From Amoebophrya sp. A120 (Eukaryota; Protista; Dinoflagellata): a stretch of 64,000 bases of DNA. This document shows positions 45,501 through 53,638 of the stretch, piece by piece. A model generated the notes under the pieces. That model saw nothing but the letters and a program-made list of their open reading frames with translations. It was not told the DNA's origin and did not search any database. The number at the start of each line of letters is the position of its first letter. Within the stretch, counting starts at the first letter, position 1. A program made the position numbers and the translations under genes. The DNA lies in contig CAJINV010000004.1 in NCBI GenBank assembly GCA_905178155.1, positions 8,702,882-8,766,881 on the forward strand, read 5' to 3'.

Positions 45501-48467
45501 GATGCTGAGAGCGATAGTGAAGAAGGTAGTCGCAAGAAGCGGAAGCCGGCTGGAAAATTGTTTGACCCTCCGCGAGATCGGCCCACGGCAAAAACAGATG
45601 AGGACCTCCCCACGGCAAAAACAGAACAGAACCCTGTCCAAGACCCTGCTTCATCTTCGCGCGACTCGCCCCCAGATGAAGGTCCCCCACCTACAGAAGA
45701 ACGTGAAGCAGGTCCGATTTGTTATGACATTGGAGATGACTCTGATGACGACATCCCTGTCTTCGAACAAATCAAGAACCGAAAGCGAGAAATCACGCAT
45801 AACGACGTCCAGAACATGTACCGCGAGCTTTTGCAGGAGTCTGATTTTCTTGGGCTGCCGACGATTTTGCGAGAAGTAGGCGTCGACAAGAAACGAGCGA
45901 AGGGGCCCATCCCTCTGACGGACGCCGAAGTTTTGAAGATCCATCAGCTCGACGACCACCGGCCTGCGAAAAGTCTATCCTACGGTCTTCGTGTCGCGGG
46001 GTATCAAGTATCGGAAGAACAGGCACAACGATCAATTTTGAAATGCTGGCGCGGTGGGCCGCTTTTCAACAAGTTTTTCCCGAAGAAGAAAGCCTCGCTG
46101 CGAATTCCGAGTCCGAATGAGTGGAGCACCGACCTCTTCTGGCTCCCGTGGTCAAACGGTCGGCTGAACCTCCGCGACAAATTGTTTGAGATCACGGACG
46201 AACCTTTCTCGGCGGAAGAGTGGAAAAATGTTGCCCGCTGCGACATCTACAGCATCATTGGAAACTCGCGGTGGGACACGCGCACTACCCCGATCGAAGA
46301 TGGCACGCTGACACTCAACTTCATGCAGTTCGAGAAGCAGATAAAGTGCAAGCCGACCATCATCCTTGTTAGCGATTCCTTCGCGCGAGGGTCAGCAGTT
46401 TTGAACTACGGCGCTATCCGCACCGACGTCCCAATGGTCCCCTACCACAGCCAAGACGCGGCTACATCTATCAACGGTCCGCAGCAGTTTACGTTCCGTG
46501 TTCTCTGGTACGACAACCACGAGCTGGCAGTAGAACTAAAACTCACCCGGCGTGAGAAGTGCATGATGATCGATGTCCGAATGAACTGCATCCCAGCGGG
46601 GAATATCAACATCAACTACCTTCTGCCTGGGCGAGACACAGAATTTATGATGCAGCGCGCCCTTATCGGCTTGGCGGACATGTACGTGGCCCGCGCTCTC
46701 CTTCAACCGCGAGTCCAGAGAATGCTCCACATGCGGATCAACGATCGGCACGGACTGACGATGCCGCCGCACTGCGATACATCTTGCAACAGAGAGGAGA
46801 TGGCGTGCTTCAAACACACAAAACACGGAATGGCGGAGGCGCTGCTAGAAGCGCAGAAGAGGACTACGATTACCTCCGCTGGTGGTCGTCCTCTGACCGT
46901 GCAGGGTGAACAGTGCAAATTTGAAAAAGCAAGACCTGCGTCCCTTCCGATTGTGTTCTTCGCTATTTACCCGCGGCACAAAGCGGTGAAGTTGGAGATT
47001 TGCCACGGTGACTGGTCCAGTTATGCAGTCAACCCGCTGCAGAGCGACCCGATCGAGGGTCCTGCTCCTGCAGAACAACTTGTCGCCAAGATCGGATCAC
47101 CGCGCCCTGCAGGATTCTTCCGCGTCCGCGACTCAAACGGATCTGCAATTGCCTTCGAAGCTCGGCGAGGGCGCGAACCGCTCATGCACAAAATCGGACT
47201 GCACAAGCTAGAAGACGGAGTTCTTTGCTTCACTCGCGGGAACTACGTGCCTGGCACTCCACGACACCTGTACGGGTATAAAATCCCCGGAGGAGTAACA
47301 ATAAATGGAGTAAACCGAGCCGCGCTCTACTGGCAGTGGCATGTTGAAGATCGCGCACTCCCTGAGGGTCAGTTCCGCACTGTCGCTCGCCTTTGGATGC
47401 GACGCCGAGTAGAAGAAGACGGAGAACTTGAAACCTGGGCGGGGAGTGGCACCTTCAACCTCCTTGCGCCTGCAGTAACAGAACAATCTGTCGCGGAAGA
47501 ATTTCTTACTGCAGAAACTGGGATCATCGACGAGACAAGCCTGCCTGACAACCAGAACTACACGAATGCGCTTGCAGCTGTTTCTTTGCATGAAGCGACC
47601 TGCATGTGCCGCAATATTGCTGAGCCACTCCGCGCACGTGCGGTCCAGCGATGTCCTAGCGGGTTTCTTGTCCCTCTGAGCGACAACAGACGCGTGACTA
47701 TTTCGGACGACTCTCTCCGCGCATGGACAAGTCATTCTGAGTTCCGAGAAGCAGCGTGTCGCGCGATCTTCGACAGCGCCCCTGTTGCTGACTCATTTGT
47801 TTCAACGGAAGGAGTTTTCTTCGAAGCAACAACAACTACGAATAAATTTGACGCAGGAACGGAGTGGAAAACTGAAAAAACATCAGCCCTCGAGGACGTC
47901 GCCCTTGCTTGCGCCCAGTTTTACACGGGCGAGCAGTGGAGTGAAGAGTTCGCGACTGCAACTTTCAACTCATGCCGGTACGCGCCGGACGACGGCGAAA
48001 CCTCAATCAACATGGCGGCTCCGGTCATCGTCGAAACCTCGCTCGATGATTTTGTTCTCCCCGAAGCTGCTTTCCTGCGCGCTGCACCTGCGGAAGAGGG
48101 AAATTCGTCCTTGGCACCTGCCGCGGTGCCAGTAGTAGCAAAACAAAAACAGGCTGTCGGACAGTTTTCCAAGAGAGCAACTGAGTCTAAATATGTCGTC
48201 ATCAAGGCGTGTTTAGATGGGCGCATCAGAAGTGCTGTGTCTCTCGACAAGTTTGAACAAGACGCGTTTTACATCGGGAAGGACGCCACCGGCCCAGCGT
48301 TCTACATGCGAGATAGGGTCTCGTTTTTTCTCGCGAAGCACAACGCGCCCCCAACACCGAAAGAGGGAGCAACCCTTGAGCAGATCCTCATCTACATCAT
48401 TTGCCCCGAGACAGCCTGGAGTGCAATGAATTGTCGACAGTGGTTGTGCGTGTGGTCCAACTTTTGA
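39531..48467 (+). CDS. Pol main segment: Upf1-like SF1 helicase, dual-specificity phosphatase-like, ExoIII/APE nuclease, RT C-half, RNase H, aspartic protease-like, integrase-like
   Basis: GVFGSGKS/DEAGQ/GDHKQLPP/SLFERL/TQFR/DAFQGGE; HCVWGLDRS; GDRN/DAWR/RVDLFL/GDHHPV; LMMDD...KTKF...RRLLGKLAF; PDAHCVGWGG/EHECYA; ADSSAT...DAVYGDD; HQLDDH/EWSTDL/VSD/PYHSQ. Confidence 0.85.
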   Translation: MGTRIVMPDKCGSDPFKYLYHGTDEDVMDAIAAMASVSFLSTEKSGSALNITLCLLNFQFFECQHAIRDKDQCVPPCTVTNLNPLACDPKLMTSAQQLYHVTSTMACGKVALVWGVFGSGKSRTIAAVICELTRNKVCRCVHFCAAQSLALDSVIRRLHSLDVPTVRFSSRAHLEKQKMSKKSILSSFDEICSLVGAARPTSVFAEYLKEKKKRDRLAARRIYDRKQEKRFLESRKWCVKVVLRNAKAVCTTVNNSPSVGGAGAEITIVDEAGQIPEHEMIPAEAGAQRMALVGDHKQLPPVIVSSRKLPPPKAAVAGQSENAKLLPPTVPGPGSFDVTPLRKSLFERLITNAAGETTNATAFLDTQFRCPPVLAAHLSAEYYEGKLRSAENAPAEAKYTFSHQFVGVDTKPDIFLARQATDRIKPYVSPSTAERVREMRDFLASKGVLLSDIQCISVYKAAGSGMIPLVKPLALEGIDAFQGGEVQVLFALILTPPSGPTEWATDPRRNLVLLSRAISAAFVFYPRVVQDTDTCLKSMDIYIRNAEKCMHISDTSSIPITVEKVSAPTVTTVADTKDPAIVAEILKDLDGEKTADDPAEQATMFCLRESFSSELHRFNSVSGTDDLEDLMFLDFEDLALEVNDKAVEAAVLGHHGGKEYALEALRAAEAADDGHWLDPHLFGKIKKGENSQTSKLEQKNKYGNFEVSASEIFVAKNGCSFWVGNFAATSLPGWYVVTNCTSNVEDANNCDFYRRVPLVSGAESRNVRASRKNLKWILRHAQAEKKTLLHCVWGLDRSPALCRVVAYFIDGLETPAVEIFRLFSDARPRVRYSFREYDKFWRDAIQAQPSTRVRLLDDNCMIESLLDGARANPSKIIDEDDFILEKCVQVTSKAIAAIEAKPPRCPRSAIPPRTYMMSFRLESYNPDSLNIFLSDPSRASDAAEVFVALAPSCLGLPEAKLSTKTAKTARDLVAERNYELTNFLNEREEGKHGCSVAIPVDCPLKPIAIRRGPSKEGRIAIVECLYFSVIFEYAPNRVNDAANAEYDNAIAGCLRELWKRTQKPFVLAGDRNIAPEKRDIAPSPRLSAEQVPSTRQTDRDAYDKLIKEFSLTDAWRWCNPTAEGHYTGFHQQGNCLRDNVGARVDLFLLSPGMMPLLQNCQIVTTVHKRLGDHHPVYCDFLLDFGDEVIRSAAAKRGIAKALAAPAVDPAGRQNSSLFVGSVAHDERFGTLDFEEQPVAEEEEQEEGKSEQKTEFAEEDEKYKKIEENFLRSIGVLKESHAYQKALAVLRKWIDGRLAAGYTTSQVYQMLMMDDATAPAYALDDAFLKFLLNLGAVMELGGKYGVDKTKFLSLVEKSCGMILKGGWLSVPEKMVNDIKKLARLPPTPRLMRRLLGKLAFCPNTLGLEYSRQVPILIDLSRKTLQEYIRKLQEPAAIHAMEVIISSSSVTPLCPIDWDLVDSGKWVVIGMPDAHCVGWGGVQFSIDLDIWLSDDCSDVRAAIRIHAIKSTPLPPRLRNRCSAEHECYATLGHYQYIDYLMSGRNRFWCNDNTNIATIEDEMHRCTVKSFNSAIGYLKRFFDQPGPTRLILPEMLMAWGDVAGRLHRNCVVAASLVQETLSQPKQALKILFPHVDFEKRGESKRMNIITEEEVKDFAAAAEEEMHSSSFRACSLVGVDPSVEEHDVNAFNFSVVDLVEEFPTPETLDGFTYDDPFLHRAPVSRSFSSAEVMEVEAAPALTDDEDPDPVLEPVAQYVISNPEQCSTLSVDLISTADSSATICCHELYLDTDDHALARSGHLFVKRFSTDENAVDFALVIGSVWDGANPDAVYGDDAFTIVCSELKLKMSGEELRKKCDGVLQHRVCADEYPLMTVSEVDMKQVSLGFRAQQIVDFSYCVDLLSFTPVAGFKGFDLTTMMKTTRILRVRQESAGVCSVSDLELAWRIREDKIERDDTWTPILAVTAPAVRKAWLNAVYDFNVLSSFRVGGKRHGDAESDSEEGSRKKRKPAGKLFDPPRDRPTAKTDEDLPTAKTEQNPVQDPASSSRDSPPDEGPPPTEEREAGPICYDIGDDSDDDIPVFEQIKNRKREITHNDVQNMYRELLQESDFLGLPTILREVGVDKKRAKGPIPLTDAEVLKIHQLDDHRPAKSLSYGLRVAGYQVSEEQAQRSILKCWRGGPLFNKFFPKKKASLRIPSPNEWSTDLFWLPWSNGRLNLRDKLFEITDEPFSAEEWKNVARCDIYSIIGNSRWDTRTTPIEDGTLTLNFMQFEKQIKCKPTIILVSDSFARGSAVLNYGAIRTDVPMVPYHSQDAATSINGPQQFTFRVLWYDNHELAVELKLTRREKCMMIDVRMNCIPAGNININYLLPGRDTEFMMQRALIGLADMYVARALLQPRVQRMLHMRINDRHGLTMPPHCDTSCNREEMACFKHTKHGMAEALLEAQKRTTITSAGGRPLTVQGEQCKFEKARPASLPIVFFAIYPRHKAVKLEICHGDWSSYAVNPLQSDPIEGPAPAEQLVAKIGSPRPAGFFRVRDSNGSAIAFEARRGREPLMHKIGLHKLEDGVLCFTRGNYVPGTPRHLYGYKIPGGVTINGVNRAALYWQWHVEDRALPEGQFRTVARLWMRRRVEEDGELETWAGSGTFNLLAPAVTEQSVAEEFLTAETGIIDETSLPDNQNYTNALAAVSLHEATCMCRNIAEPLRARAVQRCPSGFLVPLSDNRRVTISDDSLRAWTSHSEFREAACRAIFDSAPVADSFVSTEGVFFEATTTTNKFDAGTEWKTEKTSALEDVALACAQFYTGEQWSEEFATATFNSCRYAPDDGETSINMAAPVIVETSLDDFVLPEAAFLRAAPAEEGNSSLAPAAVPVVAKQKQAVGQFSKRATESKYVVIKACLDGRIRSAVSLDKFEQDAFYIGKDATGPAFYMRDRVSFFLAKHNAPPTPKEGATLEQILIYIICPETAWSAMNCRQWLCVWSNF

Positions 48468-50493
48468 CATCAACGGCGCGATCAACCATTTCCGCGACAT
48501 CGCTGACAACACAACAGACGAGAACAAGAAGAATTGGGCACAGTCGCTAGCAGATAAACTTCGTTCTTGCAAGAACGTCTTTGACAAGGCCCGCCTGAGC
48601 CTTTGCGATGGTGCTGTTACCGAACGGCTGGCGATCACCCTCGGAGACGAAGCAGTCGAGATTCTTCTTTCGCACTACGAAGGTCCCCACTGCGTCTCCG
48701 GGTTCACCGGCGGGTCCCGCGACTTGAGCCCCACCGTGTTGCAATTCAAGGTGTACTTGTGCGACCGGCGCACTGGTCGACTCCATCTAACCCCATGTGT
48801 CAACAACTATGTGACGCGGCCGTGGTGTCGGAGTGCCCCCACCTGGGAAACTCTGGGCGTTGCCTTCGGAAGCTGTGATCTAGCCCGTTTCAACTTCCGA
48901 CTTTCGAAAGAAGAGCCAGAGGTTATTTTTGATCTCCCCGACGGTGTCACGGTTCACGTCGCAAACCTTGTCAAGTTCCCAGACGCACCATTGTCGCCGG
49001 TAACAGAATCAGCAGCACAAGAAGCCCGAGTGCTCAGCATCACAAAGCCATCGAAGGAAGAAATTGAAGCGCTCCGCGGAGAAGAGGCAGACAAAACAAT
49101 AACTCTCCGTGCGGGGCAACAAGCAACAGCGGTGGTCGATATTCCTGTTCTTGCTGGAACAAAAATCAAAACTTCGCTCACGACCCCGACAGATGCAGAG
49201 CGGCTTCTCCTCGTCCACAATGGCCATGTCGTGCCTCTGATTATGGCTGCACCTCCGTCGCACCAAGTTACATTACGAGTGGAAGCAATCAAGCAGAAGG
49301 CGCGCATCAAAAACGGAGTCATCGGAATTACTATCACTCCGTTCCACGGAAACTCATCGCACAACTGTAAGGTCCAGTTAGGGGAACTCGCGGAAGAAGT
49401 TGGTCTTGATGCTGCAATGAACCTCCTCACCGGTGAGCCGCGTGATTTGGGTCCCGGTTTAGAGCAGGCAGGAAGTGGCCAGCTCAACGCAGCGGGCGCT
49501 GTCTCGAATATTCCAGAACTCACCCCTGCCTACATGGAAGAATGTCGGAAAGAACACGCGAAATTTATCGAGACAAAGAAGAACAGCAGCGAAGGGCCCG
49601 ACAAGTTTCTTTTCCACGTGTGGCGACAGTATCTCAGTACCGCAGACTGCGAGGCTTTGTATACTTCTTGCGCTCGAGAAGGTCGCGACATCGAGAAAAC
49701 AATTAAGCTGTGCGAGGCGTTCCTCTTCATCGCCGCTGTCGAGTTCGGGCACAAAACGCAGATGACGGAGGGGCACACGATACCGATCTTCAGATTCCCT
49801 GGTTGCGGGTCGGAGCTTATAAATCATAGCAAGACCCCACCGGAACAACCCAAGCGTTTCCGAAACCCGCCGGATTTGGATGAAATAATGCGGATGCTGA
49901 GCGACCAGGATGTGATGAGTGACATCGTCGAAGCCTTGTCTGCTACGAAACACGGGTCGGCCAAGTTCGTGAGCATGACCATGTGGGCCCAGCGGTCTAA
50001 CCGTTTCCTCGGGCGGTGGGTTTCGATCCTGAAGGGGCCAAACATCATGAAGCAAGAAACATACTGCTTCTCGATCATCCCCTCCCAGATCGTCGACGGT
50101 CTCCGGCACCATCTGACAATCGGTTACATCGCGGTGGACATAAAGAGAGCACTTCAAGGAGTCCGCGTTTTTACCGAGCTGGGACTTTGGTTGGCGATGA
50201 CAATAGGAGACACTGTTTTTATACCCAAGAGGGCCAGTCTCGGTTTTACCAGCTGGCCGGGTATTTTTGGACAAATCGTCAACCCGATTTTCCAGGGACT
50301 CCGAGCTGGTCCAGAAGCAGCAGCAGCCTTCTTCTTGGAGCTCGTCGACCCGCTTCTAGAACTACACGCAGAAATGGAGAAAGTCGGATTGGCAGACGCG
50401 TGCCGGTCGTGTTCACACTCATACCGTGCGTCAATTACAGAAGAGAAGAAACAGCTGCACGCCTCCCAGCGGAGTGGGAGAGAACAAGAGTAG
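48463..50493 (+). CDS. Pol C-terminal segment: dUTPase-like beta region + RT N-half (motifs A and B)
   Basis: Frame open from 48430 (+1 relative to previous ORF); PKRFRNPP, RWVSILKGPN, AVDIKRALQGV (motif A), PKRASLGFTSWPGIFGQIV (motif B); no YxDD follows. Confidence 0.75.
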   Translation, partial: FDINGAINHFRDIADNTTDENKKNWAQSLADKLRSCKNVFDKARLSLCDGAVTERLAITLGDEAVEILLSHYEGPHCVSGFTGGSRDLSPTVLQFKVYLCDRRTGRLHLTPCVNNYVTRPWCRSAPTWETLGVAFGSCDLARFNFRLSKEEPEVIFDLPDGVTVHVANLVKFPDAPLSPVTESAAQEARVLSITKPSKEEIEALRGEEADKTITLRAGQQATAVVDIPVLAGTKIKTSLTTPTDAERLLLVHNGHVVPLIMAAPPSHQVTLRVEAIKQKARIKNGVIGITITPFHGNSSHNCKVQLGELAEEVGLDAAMNLLTGEPRDLGPGLEQAGSGQLNAAGAVSNIPELTPAYMEECRKEHAKFIETKKNSSEGPDKFLFHVWRQYLSTADCEALYTSCAREGRDIEKTIKLCEAFLFIAAVEFGHKTQMTEGHTIPIFRFPGCGSELINHSKTPPEQPKRFRNPPDLDEIMRMLSDQDVMSDIVEALSATKHGSAKFVSMTMWAQRSNRFLGRWVSILKGPNIMKQETYCFSIIPSQIVDGLRHHLTIGYIAVDIKRALQGVRVFTELGLWLAMTIGDTVFIPKRASLGFTSWPGIFGQIVNPIFQGLRAGPEAAAAFFLELVDPLLELHAEMEKVGLADACRSCSHSYRASITEEKKQLHASQRSGREQE

Positions 50494-51303
50494 ATCATAG
50501 AAATTCATAGCGAACCAATACAAATCGCCTCAACTTTTTGATACACGAGAAATCAGCCTCTTTTTCCTTGCGCCGTTCCTATCACAGACCGAAGATCCGC
50601 GCCACAATTTTGCTTTGATCTATACAATTTTGCTTTCGTGCACTCGCGTGCTTCAATCCCAATGCAATCATAGTCTTTTCAAAATAGGTAGCACTAAGTG
50701 CGAAAAGTAGAAGATATCGAACCGACACAAAAAAAAAAAAGGGAGAAAGAAAAGGATGCCGTACTTCGTCTTCGCGGGCACAACTATTCTATCTGACCGT
50801 GACGCAAGTCCTCGCGCGTTACATACAATTCAGAATACTGCCTCAGAGACAATCTATTGGAGGGGTAGCGGCTCGCTCACGGCAGCGCGGTTACGCGAAA
50901 ACGATCTCCAGTACGCACCTCCTAGTAGCGAAAGTAGTTCTAGTTCTAGTAGCGAAAACAGTTCTAGCACTAGCAGTAAAAGCAGTAGTAACGAAAGTAG
51001 TTCAAGCAGCACAAGTTCACACCGCGCTCCAATCGCTAATCGAAGAAGGAGGAAATCACCAATGAGCGGACAGTTGCCGTGTAGTTCTATGCACCCAGGC
51101 GGTTTTGCTCCTATTTGATTTCCTTTTCCGTTTTTACGAAAAGGAAAGATTAAGGAAGAAAAAAAAAAAAACAAACTACGAAAAAAAAAAAAGAACGACG
51201 CTTTTCTCTGACTTTACAATAAATAAACTTCATCCGTTTACTTTCCCTTACCTCATTTTACTACTAAGTTCTCTCCCGCTCCGGCCGCTTCCGTCCGCTC
51301 ACC

Positions 51304-52617
51304 ATGTCGAAGCAGATTGACGAAAAAACCGGAGAACCGTTACTCCGCGGCGGCACTCCGGCCTTGCATTGGTCCGGCGCCAGTAAGAAAAAGGGAGGAA
51401 ATAAAACCACGGTGAAAGAAGAGCCTTCTCCGACCAAAACTACCGGATCCGCTGGAAATAAGGGGAACAAGTCTTCCGCTTCCGGTGCGAACAAATCCGC
51501 CGCTTCCGGCGCGAACAAGCCCGCTTCCGGCGCGAACAAAGCCGCTGCTTCTGGCGCGAACCAGACGCCCGATTCCGGTAAGAACAAACAGGCGAAATCC
51601 GAGGACGAGTTAGTGTTGCAGAAATCGAAAAAGCGCCGGAACAGCCGCGGCCAATTCTGCTCCGACCCCGCGAAGCGCATCAAGGAAGAAATTACGGACA
51701 AGCAGCTGGATGAAGAATTGGAATACGATGTCGCCCGCGCGGACGAGATCCGCGCCGCCGCTACTCCGCCGATGGTGGGAAGTGAAGGAAAGAAGGGATA
51801 CCGCACCAAGTCGGGACCGGTCGTGAAGGAAAAGCAGGCGCAGGCTTCGGTGGGGAAAGAAGGATTGCCGGAAAAATATGTGCATATTCCGTCGAGTGCC
51901 GAGCTGTTCGTCAAAGACCAGTGCGAAAAGCTGAAAAAGAACCATCAGGAGTTGTTCGACACGCACAAGGAGCTGCTCGCCGACTACACCAAAACCCACA
52001 AGAAGGCGGTCGAGAACAAGGAAAAATCCGAGGCGATGAAGTTTGAAAAGCAAGGACTCGCGGCGGACTACCACAAGCTGCACGAGGAAAACATGTCCAT
52101 GAAGAGCGCCCGGAAGATGGGCGAGCTGCAGGCGGAACTTCGTCTGTGTCGTAAAGAGTTGGAAGAATCTCGCCAGGCCCGGCATGGTGACAGGGTGATC
52201 ACCCGTCGCCGTTTGCGAGATCGCTACTCCCACAGCTCCGCGGCCGATACCCACTCCTCCGAGCTCATCGGAGATGACTCCGATTCTGGGTCGAATTTTA
52301 CCGCCGGCATCGACGCTGCGCGCAACAAGGGGAAGAAAGGAGGAAAGTACGACGGTGGAAAGAAAGGGAAATTTTTTGGTGGTGATTTTGTCGACGGCGG
52401 CTGGATGAACGGAAAATACGGTGATGCCGGAAAGAAAGACGGGATGAAGGGAAAGGACGGCGACGGCAAGAAGGGCGGTCCCATCGGTCCGGCGGACCGC
52501 AACCGCGATGATGACTCCTCCGACTCCGTCTTCGGCCCCACCCGTCGCTTCACCAAGGGCGGAAAGAAGGATAAGAATGGTGGAAAGGCGGGCGAATACA
52601 AGGGTGAAAAGAAATAA
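51304..52617 (+). CDS. Accessory ORF of the LTR element: Lys/Gly/Asp-rich with SGANK repeats and central coiled coil
   Basis: 437-aa ATG ORF with coding-like composition between pol and the 3' LTR; no recognisable family. Confidence 0.75.
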   Translation: MSKQIDEKTGEPLLRGGTPALHWSGASKKKGGNKTTVKEEPSPTKTTGSAGNKGNKSSASGANKSAASGANKPASGANKAAASGANQTPDSGKNKQAKSEDELVLQKSKKRRNSRGQFCSDPAKRIKEEITDKQLDEELEYDVARADEIRAAATPPMVGSEGKKGYRTKSGPVVKEKQAQASVGKEGLPEKYVHIPSSAELFVKDQCEKLKKNHQELFDTHKELLADYTKTHKKAVENKEKSEAMKFEKQGLAADYHKLHEENMSMKSARKMGELQAELRLCRKELEESRQARHGDRVITRRRLRDRYSHSSAADTHSSELIGDDSDSGSNFTAGIDAARNKGKKGGKYDGGKKGKFFGGDFVDGGWMNGKYGDAGKKDGMKGKDGDGKKGGPIGPADRNRDDDSSDSVFGPTRRFTKGGKKDKNGGKAGEYKGEKK

Positions 52618-53638
52618 GTGTGTGACCGGGTAGCAGTGGTCTTGCGACTACTGGAGTCATAGCATTATTTTCGTAAGAAAAGTCTGGCATTTATGCAAAA
52701 GCACTAGCCCTTGCGCAATACAAATTGTTTTTCTCTGGAAATATTTTTTTCTGTGAAAAAAATATATCACCGCATCGCTCTATAGGCAGCAATCTTTGTG
52801 CCACTTCGAAGTAATCCGCAGTATCATGAGCTTTTGGGTGAAGATTTGTAATAAATTCATCCGACGCGATTCCAATAGGGTGCTGGTGTACTACGACGCA
52901 GAAATAATTCAGCGACAGAGCCTATAGATGTAGCGGCGGTAATGAAGGGGAAAGAAGGGAAAATCATCCCAACTACTTAGATCTTTTATTTTTTATGAGA
53001 GCCTCCTACTCGACAGCTGTTCAAGAAGCCTAGATTAGCAACCACCCGCGCCACAACTTTTGATCTACCGAAGTTTATAGTTGAAAGATCGTCACTTCGA
53101 AATGATACTGCCTGAGCGACAAGATCGCGCATTTTCTTTATTTCAAGAACGAAAATAACAACTGCTTTTACTTTTCGACCTTCGCCTCAACAGAACTTCC
53201 TCTTCACTCTTAAGCCCAATTTTGTTTTATGGAATTGTAATTTTTCTCTATCAGGATCGACAACAAGTGCGTCTTTTTTATGTGGTCTTCATCTTCTTAT
53301 CCTGCACTAAAAAAAACCCTCGTAACCACAGCGAACACCAAATACAAAAAAAAATAATATATAGGGCTAGCAGAAAGACATGAAAAATATATCAACAAAC
53401 CACGTAAAAAGAACGCACAGCAGCCCGCGTTCATTCAAATACAAAAAAATAAGAAAGTCCTCAAATACAAAAACAGAAGAAAATATAAAAACCAAAAACA
53501 TTTCCTTATTCCGAAAGATATGAAAAAAATATAAAACAGCTTAAGGAGGAAAAAGTGACCTTCTCCCATTTCTAACGAGCAGTAAGACTAAGTAAGAATA
53601 CGCCTTCTCTCTCAGCCATCTCACGACGCCAGCCGGCG

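Noticed and set aside
50756-51118. Ser-rich 120-aa ORF in the LTR element
   Set aside because: Mostly a degenerate agt/agc microrepeat; no independent coding evidence
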